Source: Candidatus Latescibacterota bacterium (GTDB taxonomy: Bacteria > Krumholzibacteriota > Krumholzibacteriia > WVZY01 > JAKEHA01). From it: a stretch of DNA of 64,000 nt. This document shows positions 38,673-49,622 of this stretch, one piece after another (the stretch's first letter is position 1; the number at the start of each line of letters is the position of its first letter). The notes beneath the pieces are model-generated. The model made no database searches, was not told where the DNA came from, and was given only the letters and a program-made list of their open reading frames with translations. The stretch spans positions 1,152,001-1,216,000 of the forward strand of contig OY970173.1 of assembly GCA_963707635.1 (NCBI GenBank). The letters run 5' to 3'. The position numbers and the translations under genes were made by a program.

Positions 38673-39653
38673 ATGCGCAGGCTGACGATAGTCGGTTCGG
38701 TCTACAACGAAGCCGATGTGCTTCCGATGTTTTTTTCGGAGTTGACCGAACAGCTCCGTCGGATGGACGTCCAGTACGAGATCATTCTGGTCAACGACGG
38801 GAGCACAGATGAAAGCAAGGACCGCCTGGCCGAGTTTGCGGCACAACACCGCGCGGTCAAGGTGGTCTGTTTTTCCCGAAATTTCGGTCACGAGGCGGCA
38901 ATGACCGCCGGTATCGACCACGCCACGGGTGATGCTATCGTCTGCATGGATACGGATCTCCAACATCCGCCGGCTGAGATACCGAGGATGCTCGAAGCCT
39001 GCGCTTCCGGTTCCGAGATCGTGTACATGAAGCGGTTAAAGCGCGAGGACGCAAGCTTCATTCGCCGCGTAACGTCCAGATTGTTCTACCAGGCGCTCAA
39101 TCGGATATCAAAGATCAGGATCGAGCCCGACGTATCGGATTTCTTCCTGATTTCGAGCCGGGTCGCCGGGATCTTGCGCACCAGTTACAAGGAGCGCACG
39201 CGCTTCCTGCGCGGAATCATCCAGCAAGTGGGCTTTCCGACCAGCGTGCTTGAATACACCGCCCCGAGCCGGGCGGCCGGCCACACGAAATATTCTTTCT
39301 GGCGTCTATTGCTTTTTTCTGCGGTTGCGATCGCATCGGTGTCGCAAGCACCGCTGAGGTTCAGTATGTTGGCGGCGTTGGGGTTCATGCTCATCAGCCT
39401 TGCTTTGGGAATATACTCGATCATCATGAAGCTTCTCGGGTCGCCGTTTTCGGGGTACACGACACTTGTTGTGCTCACGAGCTTCGGATTCAGCGTCGTA
39501 CTCCTGATGCTGGGAATTGTCGGCGAGTATCTCGGTAGTGTCTTTGTCGAAAGTAAGCAGCGGCCCGTTTACATCGTAGCGGAGATCATCGACTCCGAGA
39601 CGCTGACGGACTCCGCGCGGATGGTCGTCAAAGGAACCGGCCCAAGACCTTGA
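38673..39653 (+). CDS. GT2 polyprenol-phosphate glycosyltransferase (GtrB/ArnC-like)
   Basis: Motifs VNDGSTD, FSRNFGHEAA..AG and MDTDLQHPP, two C-terminal TMs and GEYLG..F.ESKQRP.Y. Confidence 0.9.
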   Translation: MRRLTIVGSVYNEADVLPMFFSELTEQLRRMDVQYEIILVNDGSTDESKDRLAEFAAQHRAVKVVCFSRNFGHEAAMTAGIDHATGDAIVCMDTDLQHPPAEIPRMLEACASGSEIVYMKRLKREDASFIRRVTSRLFYQALNRISKIRIEPDVSDFFLISSRVAGILRTSYKERTRFLRGIIQQVGFPTSVLEYTAPSRAAGHTKYSFWRLLLFSAVAIASVSQAPLRFSMLAALGFMLISLALGIYSIIMKLLGSPFSGYTTLVVLTSFGFSVVLLMLGIVGEYLGSVFVESKQRPVYIVAEIIDSETLTDSARMVVKGTGPRP

Positions 39654-40984
39654 ATGTACTCTCGCTCCTGATTTCCAGTGACCGCCGGGCCATGACGGCG
39701 CTTGCGTCGACGGCGGTTCTGGTCCGACTGCTGTTCGCGTGGGGTGTCGCACCCATTCTGGCACGGCACGGGATCGAAGCGGACGCCTGGCCGGATTCGT
39801 ACTGCCTCTTTTCGGAAAACCTAATCAACGGCCACGGTTTTGCGGTGCAGCCCGGCACCGCGTCGGTGATGCGCGGACCGGTTCAGCCGCTGTTCGGGGC
39901 ACTGATCTTTCTGATCTTTGGCATCCGTAATCTCGTCGGTGTTCAGCTCTTCCATGCGCTGCTGGACAGCGTGACGACGATACTCGTGTTTGCGATCGGG
40001 AAACAGGTCTTTGGCCGGATGGCGGGTTTCACCGCTGCGGTGATGTTCACGTTCTATCCGTTGTCCATTTGGTATAGCGGGAGCATGAGCATGGTGCCGT
40101 TGTTGACTGCGTTGTATTGCCTGTTGTGCTGGGTGGTCCTGCGCAGTGCGGAGGACCCCAGCGCGGCGCGCAGCGTCAGCGTTGGTGTGGCACTTGGCGT
40201 CATAACGCTCACGCTCCCCATAACCCTGCTGTTCCCGCCCATTCTTCTTGCCCTGTGGCTCCTGATGCGGCTGCCCCGGCGCCGCGCCTTGGCACACTGG
40301 ATCATTGTTTGCATCGTCATGGCGGTTGTTGTCGGCCCCTGGACAATTCGCAACTATAGAGTAACGGGCCGGTTCATTCCGGTGTCTGCAGGCGGCGGCT
40401 ATGCATTTCTCTTCGGCGACCTGTTCGCCGAACGGTTCGATGGCTTCTCGCCCTACTCGGACGAGTATCCAGATGAACATGCGCTTCAGCACGTGGAGAA
40501 CGAGCGTGTTGCGGCGCTCCTTCCCCCCGATCTTGCCGCGCGATTCTGGTACCTGGACATGGGGCCCGAGATAACGGGAATCCTCGATCGTCAAGCGGCA
40601 CAGTCCATACTGAAAAGACCGTTCAGGTTCGTCAAGAAGGTGGCAATTCAGACCGTTACATTCTGGTATCTGGGTAACAACCGTATGAAGACGTTCGCCA
40701 TACTGGCGGTTCAGATGGTTTGCGTGGTCCCTTGGTTCCTGGTGGGCTTGTTTCTGAGCTGGAAGCGCCGAATCGCGCCAGCCCTGCCGTTGCTGCTACT
40801 CATCGTCTATCTCAACCTCACGTACGCCGCCACAATAGCGAATGCGCGTCATGGCATGCCGGCTATGCCAATCGCGATTGTCTTTGGCGGGTTCGCACTC
40901 TGCGAACTCTTGCGACGCCGGGTATCCGATCATCCGGCCACCACCAGGCGATCAAATACGCGCACACCGCCGCGGCTGGCCTAG
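39650..40984 (+). CDS. ArnT/PMT-like (GT-C, GT39-type) membrane glycosyltransferase
   Basis: Multi-TM protein with DSY...SENL..GHGF, R.PVQPLF and PWTIRNY.VTGRFIP motifs. The start overlaps the GT2 stop. Confidence 0.75.
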   Translation: MNVLSLLISSDRRAMTALASTAVLVRLLFAWGVAPILARHGIEADAWPDSYCLFSENLINGHGFAVQPGTASVMRGPVQPLFGALIFLIFGIRNLVGVQLFHALLDSVTTILVFAIGKQVFGRMAGFTAAVMFTFYPLSIWYSGSMSMVPLLTALYCLLCWVVLRSAEDPSAARSVSVGVALGVITLTLPITLLFPPILLALWLLMRLPRRRALAHWIIVCIVMAVVVGPWTIRNYRVTGRFIPVSAGGGYAFLFGDLFAERFDGFSPYSDEYPDEHALQHVENERVAALLPPDLAARFWYLDMGPEITGILDRQAAQSILKRPFRFVKKVAIQTVTFWYLGNNRMKTFAILAVQMVCVVPWFLVGLFLSWKRRIAPALPLLLLIVYLNLTYAATIANARHGMPAMPIAIVFGGFALCELLRRRVSDHPATTRRSNTRTPPRLA

Positions 40985-42001
40985 CTAGAACAGGAGGCGA
41001 CGCAGCGCGGCGTATGCCATCTGGCCCACATACAACCTCGCCGGAGAATAGACTCTCACAAACCGGCCAAAATTGACCAGCTGACCCTGAAACCGGCTCT
41101 TGAATTCCCGAACTCCATACTCGACGTTGGGATCACCCGCCCCACCGAAATCAAATATCTCGTGCCCACCTCTGCATCCCCAGCGGACCATGTCCCAGAC
41201 GAGAAGGGCGTTTGCATTCAGTTTGTCACCTTCCGCACTGCTGCCGGCAAACCAGTCGAAGACGCGCCCGTGGTACACGAGGGCTGCACGGCTGGCAATC
41301 ACGCTGCCATTGTGTCGAGCGAGTGTAATGCGCAGTCGGCCGAGCGGTGCCAGCCGGAGCCATGCCTCTTGAAAGATCTCCTTCGGGAAAAACGGCAAAT
41401 GCGCCCTTGAGTAGATCCGTGATACCAATTCGTGAAAAATATCGATCTGCGTGGGTTCCGACACTTCTGTGATCTCGATGCCGGTCTTCTCGGCACGTTT
41501 GAGCATGCGGCGTTGATCTCCGGAGAAGTCTTCCCAGATGCCGTTCTCGTCCTTTCTCAAATCAACGAGATAGTTCAGGTGCGGTACGAATTTGTACCCG
41601 CTGCGCGTCAACGGAATGATTCGTGATGTCTGGTCGGTCATGTTCCGTATTTCTGTGAAGAGCGCCTGCGTCTTCATAGTGTCGTCGTATGCACTAACCA
41701 GCGTCCCGATATGCTTGTTAAGGTAGCGCTCGGTTACATCGTGTGCGCAGGAAATGCCACCGAAAACGACAGAACGCGATGTGAACCTCGGCAATGACGC
41801 GAAGATCCTTGTCTGCACCGCAACAATACATGCGATTGGCCTGCCGTCTTCCTGAAGGAAGAACACGTGAGGCGTGTACTTGGGAGACCCGGCGAAACAA
41901 TCGACAAATTGCCGCGTGTGAAAGATGTTAGCCGAGGGATTGCTATCCGTGTAGTGATCCCATGCGTCGTGGGGAACCGAGCGAACGACTTCGATGGGCA
42001 T
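40985..42001 (-). CDS. GNAT/FemAB-like peptidoglycan or polysaccharide acyltransferase
   Basis: Motifs WDHY...NPSANIFHT, RRMLKRAEKTGIEI and FDFGGAG.....GVREFKSRF.G. Confidence 0.82.
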   Translation of the reverse strand: MPIEVVRSVPHDAWDHYTDSNPSANIFHTRQFVDCFAGSPKYTPHVFFLQEDGRPIACIVAVQTRIFASLPRFTSRSVVFGGISCAHDVTERYLNKHIGTLVSAYDDTMKTQALFTEIRNMTDQTSRIIPLTRSGYKFVPHLNYLVDLRKDENGIWEDFSGDQRRMLKRAEKTGIEITEVSEPTQIDIFHELVSRIYSRAHLPFFPKEIFQEAWLRLAPLGRLRITLARHNGSVIASRAALVYHGRVFDWFAGSSAEGDKLNANALLVWDMVRWGCRGGHEIFDFGGAGDPNVEYGVREFKSRFQGQLVNFGRFVRVYSPARLYVGQMAYAALRRLLF

Positions 42002-42109
42002 GCGCTATGTTATTCGGGGATGTTGGGAATGCCAGAGGTAACTACATCGCCCGGCAGGGCCGGACGGCTTGCTCGGTACTTGGTTCATTATATCGCGCGA
42101 AACACCGAT

Positions 42110-42217
42110 CTACAAGCGCTCGCTCTGCCCATGCACCTGCACGGTCGCGCGCGGGTGGGACGCCACGTAGGCGTCCCACCGCGCGTCCGTCCATGGTTCG
42201 ACGATGTGGATCGGCAC
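42110..42217 (-). pseudogene. N-terminal remnant of a GNAT/FemAB-like gene
   Basis: GTG start 7 nt after the ino1 stop gives MPIHIVEPWTDARWDAYVASHPRATV, the typical FemAB-like N-terminus, then unrelated residues and TAG at 42110. Confidence 0.65.
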
Positions 42218-42224
42218 CGCCGTC

Positions 42225-43539
<1,315 letters not shown>

Positions 43540-43637
43540 GCGTTTCCTCCGTTCGTCGCCCGTGGGCGACTCTTTCGATTCGGGACATGATAGCGGGCGC
43601 GAGATCATAATTGAAGTTTATTTGAATTATGAATATT

Positions 43638-43652
43638 ATAAGTATTACTTAT
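43638..43652. promoter_or_regulatory. LysR-type operator (ATAAG-N5-CTTAT, T-N11-A) in the AT-rich divergent promoter region
   Basis: Dyad ATAAGTATTACTTAT overlaps the lysR ATG. A second imperfect dyad CATAATTGAA...TTGAATTATG lies at 43606-43631. Confidence 0.6.
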
Positions 43653-44551
43653 GGAAATCACGCTCGCTGCGATACTTCCTCGCTACCGTCCGCCTCGGCA
43701 GCGTGGGCGCCGCCGCCGCCGAGCACTTCGTCACCCAGCCCGCCGTGAGCCTGCAGCTGAAGAAGCTCGAGACCGAACTGGGGCAGAAGCTGCTGGCGAA
43801 GCGGGGCCGGCGCCTGGTCCCCACCGAGGCGGGGTCCGCGCTCGCGGCCCGCGCGGAAGACGTGGTGCGCGCGCTCGAGGAACTGGAAGCGGAGCTCCAC
43901 GGCATGAAGCAGCTCGAACGCGGCTTCCTGCGCGTCGGAAACACGGACGCAGCCAGCGTCTACGTGCTCCCGGAGGTCTATCAGGCCTTCCACCGCCGGT
44001 ACCCCGGCGTTCGCATCGAAATCACGGTCGGAGACACCGGCCGGCTGCTCGAGGCGCTGGCGGCGCGGCGCATCGAACTGGCGACCGCGACGCTGCCGGT
44101 CGACACCCACGGCCTGGTGGTGCGGCCAATATACCGCGAGGAGCTGGTGGCGGTGGCGCACCCGGGCGATCCCCTCGCCGTGAGGCGCGGCGTTACCCTG
44201 GCGGACCTCTCGCGCCACGGCGTCATCGCCTATCCCGCCGGATCGGTGACCCGGCGCATGATCGACGACGTCTTCCTCCGCCACGGCCAGGCGCTGCGGG
44301 CGCGCATGGAGATATCGAGCCCGGAGGCCATGAAGCGGCTCGCCGAGGCGGGGCTGGGGGTCAGCATCCTCCCGCGGCCCGTGGTGGCCGCCGAGATACG
44401 CCGCAAGGTGCTCAAGGTGATCCCGATTGCCGGTGTTCGCTTCGAGCGCGAAATCGGGATGGTGCACCGCGGTGAGAGCACGATGTCCCCGGCGGCGCGC
44501 GCGTTCCTGGAGATGGTGGAGACCCGGTTCCGCGCGGACTTTCGGAAGTGA
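43651..44551 (+). CDS. LysR family transcriptional regulator; +1 frameshift near 43660
   Basis: MEI / RSLRYFLATVRLGSVGAAAAEHFVTQPAVSLQLKKLETELG HTH followed by a substrate-binding domain. Confidence 0.9.
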
Positions 44552-44607
44552 ATTCCGGGGCTCGCCCCGTGAGCGCCGGTGTGGCACAATAGCGCGCTCG
44601 GATAGCC

Positions 44608-45445
44608 ATGACTCCATTCCAGCATGAACTCGACGTGGCGTGCGCGCTCGCGCGCGAGGCCGGGGAGATCATTCTCCAGTCGTACTCGCGCCTGGTCGAC
44701 GCGGACGTCGACGAGAAAGGGCGCCACGACTACGTCACGGTGGTGGACCACCGCTCGCAGGAGCTCATCGTCGGCGGGCTGCGTCGGGCGTGGCCGAACG
44801 ACTTCATCGTGGCGGAAGAAACGCTCGCGCCGGGGTTCAACGCGGGGCGCGAGCACAGCCGCCGTCGCTGGTACATCGACCCGCTCGACGGGACGACCAA
44901 CTACATCCACAGCTATCCCATGTTCGCGGTCACACTCGCCCTGGAAGTCGACGGCGACCTGACGGTGGCCGTGACCTACGCCCCGCGCGATCGTGAGCTC
45001 TTCCACGCGGTGCGCGGGCAGGGGGCCCGCTTGAACGGCGCGCCCATGCACGTGAGCCGGATCGAGGACCAGAGCCGGATTCTGCTCGGCACCGGTTTCC
45101 CGTTCCGCGCGCGGCATCTGCTCGACGATCTACCTCAAGTCCTTCTCCCACTTCTTCAACCACGCGCGCGGCATCCGGCGCGGCGGTTCGGCGGCGCTGG
45201 ACCTCGCCTACGTCGCCGCCGGGCGTCTGGACGGATTCTGGGAGATGACGCTCTCCCCGTGGGACATGGCGGCGGGCGTGCTGCTCATCGAAGAGGCAGG
45301 CGGCCGCGTCACCGATTTCTTCGGCGGCGCCACCCACCTGCGTTCGGGACACGTGATTGCGACCAACGGACTCCTGCACGACTGGATGTGCGAGGGCATC
45401 GCCGCCGTATTTCCGCGCGACGGCGACTATTCGCGCCGTTCGTGA
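44608..45445 (+). CDS. suhB: Inositol monophosphatase; +1 frameshift near 45128
   Basis: Motifs DYVTVVD, WYIDPLDGTTNY and, in the shifted frame, RRGGSAALDLAYVAAGRLDGFWE..LSPWDMAAG. Confidence 0.88.
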
Positions 45446-47268
45446 TGGCCCGCTCGCCGCGTTCGATCCTCTGGCGAGATCTCGGCTTGGTGGCCGGGGT
45501 CGCGCTCCTGGTCCGGCTCGGGTACTTCCTGCTCAACTCGCGCGGCAACCCCGCCTTCGACTACCTCATCATGGACTCGATGCAGATCGATCGCTGGGCG
45601 AAGGCGATCGCGGCGGGAGACGCGGGCGCGGGCGTCTATTTTCGGGGGCCGCTGTACCCGTACCTGCTCGCGCTTGTTTACAAGTGGTCGCACGCCAGCG
45701 TCGCCGCCGCGGTGCTCGTGAACCACGTCGCCGGAGTACTGATGTGCGGACTCGTCTACCTCTTCGCGCGCGAGTACTTCTCGCGCGCGGTGGCGCTGGT
45801 GGCGGGGCTGGTCGCCGCCCTCTACTGGCCGTTCATCTACTTCGAAGGCGAGATCCTCGTCGAGCCGGTGTACATGACGCTCGTGATGCTGGGGCTGTGG
45901 CGAACCGCCCGCGCGCTCGGCCACCCGACGGCCGCGAGGCTCGTGCTCGCGGGCGCGTGCCTCGGGCTCGCGGCCCTCGCGCGCCCCACCGTGCTGGCGT
46001 TCCTTCCCGCGATCCCGGTGTTGTTCGTCCTGATGGAGCCTCGCGGGGACACCGCGCGCACGACGGGGAAGCGGCTCCGCTCGAGCGGAGTGGTGGTGGT
46101 GGCGGCGATCGCGATGCTCGTGCCGGCCACGATCCACAATCTGCGCGCGGGGAATGCATTCGTGCCGGTCGCGTGGTCCGGCGGGCTGAATTTCTACATC
46201 GGCAACAACGAATCCTCCGACGGGCGCAGCGCGTTCATCCCCGGCACGAAAGCCGCGTGGATGGGCGGAGAGGAGGAGGCGCTCGCGATCGCGGCGGCGC
46301 AGGCCGGGCGACCGCTGACGTCGGCTGAAGCGTCGAGCTTCTTCACCCGCGAGGGGCTCGACTGGATCGTGCAAAACCCCGGTGCGGCCGCCGAGCTCAC
46401 AGCGAACAAATTGCACATGTTTTGGGAGGGGCCCGAGCGCTCCAACGAGAAGTACATCTACTTCTTCTGGGACCGTTTCGGCTTCGGACGGGTCCCGATG
46501 CCCGGCTTCTGGTTGGTCTCGCCGCTGGCGCTCGCTGCCATGATTCGACTGTGGCCGCGACGGCGCGAGCTCTCGCTGCCATATCTGTTCGTGCTTTGCA
46601 CCGTGGTGGGGGTAGTGGCGTTCTTCGTGGTCGCCCGCTATCGATTGCCGGCGGTTCCGGTGCTCATCGTTTTTGCGGCGTGGGCGCTGGTCGATCTCTT
46701 CCAGTCGGCGCGCGGGCGCCGGTGGGGGGCGCTCGCGCGGACGGGCATGCCGTTTCTCGTGTGCTTTGCGGTCGTCAATGTGAGCTACCCGAGTTTCCTC
46801 AACCAGCGGACCACGCACATCGCGATTTCTCACTACACGCTCGCCGGTGCATTTCTGGAGCGCGGCGACAAGGGGCGCGCCATCCTCGAGCTGGACGCGG
46901 CGCGCCGCGCGTTCGAGCGAGCGCCCTCGCGCTACTACGCGAACATCGCGGTGGACATCTACCTGAAGCTCGGCGCGCTGTGGTACGAACGCGGGCGGTG
47001 CGACGAGGCGACGAAGGCACTCGGGCAGATTCCGCCCGCCGACCCGCGGGCGCAGACCGCGCGGAGCATGTTCGCGGACTGCTGCGAAAAAACCGGCCGC
47101 ATCGCCGAGGCGGGTCGCGCCTATCAGATGATGCTCAAGGCCGAGCCGGGGAACCGTTCGGCGCTCGAGGGTCTGATCCGGTGCCTGGAGGCGAGCGGCC
47201 AGTACGACGAGGCCGCCAGGATGAAAAAGCAGCTCGACGCGGTGGAGCCGGCGCCCGGCCCGCGTTGA
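45445..47268 (+). CDS. ArnT/PMT-like (GT-C) membrane glycosyltransferase with C-terminal TPRs
   Basis: Motifs MDS...DRWA..IA.G, GPLYPYLLA, GGLNFYIGNN and FFVVARYRLP, with a TPR-like tail. Confidence 0.8.
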   Translation: MARSPRSILWRDLGLVAGVALLVRLGYFLLNSRGNPAFDYLIMDSMQIDRWAKAIAAGDAGAGVYFRGPLYPYLLALVYKWSHASVAAAVLVNHVAGVLMCGLVYLFAREYFSRAVALVAGLVAALYWPFIYFEGEILVEPVYMTLVMLGLWRTARALGHPTAARLVLAGACLGLAALARPTVLAFLPAIPVLFVLMEPRGDTARTTGKRLRSSGVVVVAAIAMLVPATIHNLRAGNAFVPVAWSGGLNFYIGNNESSDGRSAFIPGTKAAWMGGEEEALAIAAAQAGRPLTSAEASSFFTREGLDWIVQNPGAAAELTANKLHMFWEGPERSNEKYIYFFWDRFGFGRVPMPGFWLVSPLALAAMIRLWPRRRELSLPYLFVLCTVVGVVAFFVVARYRLPAVPVLIVFAAWALVDLFQSARGRRWGALARTGMPFLVCFAVVNVSYPSFLNQRTTHIAISHYTLAGAFLERGDKGRAILELDAARRAFERAPSRYYANIAVDIYLKLGALWYERGRCDEATKALGQIPPADPRAQTARSMFADCCEKTGRIAEAGRAYQMMLKAEPGNRSALEGLIRCLEASGQYDEAARMKKQLDAVEPAPGPR

Positions 47269-47317
47269 CCGCGCCGGGCCGTCCTGCTAGCATCCGGCTG
47301 CTTTCGAGGAGGAGGTC

Positions 47318-48043
47318 ATGAGAGAAGGCTCGGCACTGGCGACCGCCACGCTCGCGGTCGGCGTGGCCCTGGCGGGCTGGTTCGTGGGCAACGGCTTCGT
47401 CCGCGGCCGCACGGCGGATCGCTTCGTTTCGGTCAAGGGCGTGGCCGAACGGGACGTGGTCGCGGACCTGGCGCTCTGGCCGCTGCGCTTCTCCTCCACC
47501 GACGACAACCTCGCGCGCGCGCAGGAACGGTTCGACGCGAGCAAGAAAGCCGTGGTCGAGTTTCTGTCGCGCCATGGCATCGAGCCTTCGCGCGCGGAGC
47601 TGCAGGGATTCGAAGTCACCGACGTGCTCGCGAATCCGTACCGCGGGGCGGGCGAGATAACGAGCCGCTACATCATCACCGGGACCTTGATGGTCCGCGT
47701 GGACGACCCGGGCCTGGTGCAGAAGGCCAGCCAGGACCTGGGCGAACTGGTCCAGGGGGGCGTGGTGTTTTCGTCGCAGGGCGGCTTCAGCAGCGGTCCG
47801 ACCTACCTCTACTCGAGACTCAACGATTTGAAGCCCGAGATGATCGCGGAAGCGACCGCGAGCGCGCGCGAAGGCGCGGCGCAATTCGCCAAGGATTCCG
47901 GCAGCCGCCTGGGGAGCATTCACCAGGCCAGCCAGGGAGTGTTTCAGATTCTCCCGCGCGATCGGGCGCCGGGAGTGACCGAAGAATCGCAACTCAACAA
48001 GACCGTGCGCGTCGTCACCACCGTCGAGTATGGGCTCGAGTGA
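47318..48043 (+). CDS. SIMPL (DUF541) domain protein
   Basis: Motifs VSVKGVAERDVVADLALW, LNDLKPEMIAEAT.SAR..A.QFA.DSG and KTVRVVTTVEY. Confidence 0.88.
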   Translation: MREGSALATATLAVGVALAGWFVGNGFVRGRTADRFVSVKGVAERDVVADLALWPLRFSSTDDNLARAQERFDASKKAVVEFLSRHGIEPSRAELQGFEVTDVLANPYRGAGEITSRYIITGTLMVRVDDPGLVQKASQDLGELVQGGVVFSSQGGFSSGPTYLYSRLNDLKPEMIAEATASAREGAAQFAKDSGSRLGSIHQASQGVFQILPRDRAPGVTEESQLNKTVRVVTTVEYGLE

Positions 48044-48078
48044 GGGCGCGTGGTCGCAACCCAACGGAGGAATGTTTC

Positions 48079-48714
48079 ATGAAAGCAGTCGTGGGAGTGT
48101 TTTGCGCAGCGTTGCTGGTAGTTGCCACCAACGCCGATGCGAAGAAGTACGCGGGCGTCAAAGGCGGGGTCAACATGGGGGACTTCGGCGGCGACGACGC
48201 CCCCGACAACAGCAGCACGCGCACCGGTTTTTCCGGCGGTGCGTTCTACGGGATGGGCATCAACGACCAGTTCGACGTGCGCGGTGAGGTGAACTACGTC
48301 CAGAAGGGCGCGGAGGGTGACGTGGAGGCCGACGACGGCGATATTCACGCCGGCACCTACAAGCTCGACTACGTGGAGATCCCGGTGCTGTTCGTGGCCA
48401 ACTTTGGCGCCGGTGAAAAGTTCGGGTTCAGCCTCTTCGCCGGCCCGACGTTCGCGTTCAACACCACCGCCGAGGCGGAAATCCCCTCGCACAACGAAAC
48501 CGTGGAGCTCGACAACGTAAAGGGCTTCGATTTCGGCGGGGCCATCGGCGGTGGCATCAAGTACATGCTCTCGAAGTTTTCCATCGTGGCGGACGTGCGC
48601 TACGGTATCGGCGCCAGCTCGGTAGTCGAGGACGTGGCCGGAGAGTCGGTCGATGTGAAGAACCAGGGCCCTGCCTTCATGGCGGGAGTGGAGTTCCCGC
48701 TCGGAGCGAAGTAG
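48079..48714 (+). CDS. Outer-membrane beta-barrel (OMP_b-brl/PorT-like)
   Basis: Signal peptide and motifs GVKGGVN, EVNYVQKG, LDYVEIPVL, FAGP and DVRY. Confidence 0.8.
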   Translation: MKAVVGVFCAALLVVATNADAKKYAGVKGGVNMGDFGGDDAPDNSSTRTGFSGGAFYGMGINDQFDVRGEVNYVQKGAEGDVEADDGDIHAGTYKLDYVEIPVLFVANFGAGEKFGFSLFAGPTFAFNTTAEAEIPSHNETVELDNVKGFDFGGAIGGGIKYMLSKFSIVADVRYGIGASSVVEDVAGESVDVKNQGPAFMAGVEFPLGAK

Positions 48715-48738
48715 TATTTTTCCCAGAGGAGGCAATCT

Positions 48739-49377
48739 GTGAAACGTGAAATCATTTTCGGTGTGGTGGTGGCCGGGCTGTTGGGCGCAACTGTCCAGGC
48801 CGGCGCGGCCACGAATTGTACGTTTGGTGTGAAGGGTGGCGTCGGTATGGCCAATCTGGGCGGAGCCGATGCAGACTCGTTTGCCACCGATTCGCGGAAC
48901 GGATTCGTCGGCGGGTTATTCCTGCAGGCCGACATGTCCAAGAGCTTCGGCGTGCGCCTGGAGGGGCTCTACAACATGAAGGGAGCCTCGGACAGCGAGT
49001 CCGGCGTCGACGCGACGATCAAGCTCGACTACATCGAGTTCCCGATCCTGCTGGTCGGGCAGATGCCCGCATCGGAAACGGTGACGTTGAGTGCCTTTGC
49101 CGGCCCCACCCTGGGCTTCAACATCAATTCGGAAGTGGAAGTCAGCTACCTGGGTGTCTCGGGGAGCGCGGATATCGAGGACGTCGCAGGCTTCGAATTC
49201 GGGCTGGCGTTCGGAGCCGGGGCCGACTTCGACATGGGTTCGTGGTCGATCGTGTTCGACGCACGCTACGCGCTCGGGCTGACGACGATCGATAGTTCGA
49301 GCGACAACGCCGACGTCAAGAACCAGCAGTGGGTCATCATGGCAGGGGTGGGTCTCCCGGTGGGTGGCAGCAAGTAG
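48739..49377 (+). CDS. Outer-membrane beta-barrel (OMP_b-brl/PorT-like), tandem paralogue
   Basis: Motifs FGVKGG, EGLYNMKG, KLDYIEFPIL, FAGP and DARYALGL. Confidence 0.8.
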   Translation: MKREIIFGVVVAGLLGATVQAGAATNCTFGVKGGVGMANLGGADADSFATDSRNGFVGGLFLQADMSKSFGVRLEGLYNMKGASDSESGVDATIKLDYIEFPILLVGQMPASETVTLSAFAGPTLGFNINSEVEVSYLGVSGSADIEDVAGFEFGLAFGAGADFDMGSWSIVFDARYALGLTTIDSSSDNADVKNQQWVIMAGVGLPVGGSK

Positions 49378-49402
49378 CGCGACGGGTCGTAGTCGTCCCA
49401 AG

Positions 49403-49430
49403 CGGGGCCGGACGTCCGGCCCCGTTTTTT
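49403..49430 (+). terminator. Rho-independent terminator
   Basis: CGGGGCCGGACGTCCGGCCCCG followed by TTTTTT. Confidence 0.85.
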
Positions 49431-49622
49431 CTGCCCAGCGGTGTTCCGAAGATCGCCTGCAACTCGTTGTCCGAATGGCGTATTATCGAACGTTCCGTCG
49501 CGGCCGGACCCCCATCACCCGGCTGTAGATGCGCCGCCCGGGGACCTCACGACCCACCCGGACGCGGCCCGAACCAATATCCTGGTAAGCGGCCGATCTC
49601 CAGCAACGCAAGCAGGTTACAC

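Noticed and set aside
44608..47268. 886-aa apparent IMPase-glycosyltransferase-TPR fusion in the ORF track
   Set aside because: Artefact of a +1 indel near 45128. The IMPase C-terminal motifs continue in another frame to TGA 45445, and the GT-C gene has its own ATG at 45445.
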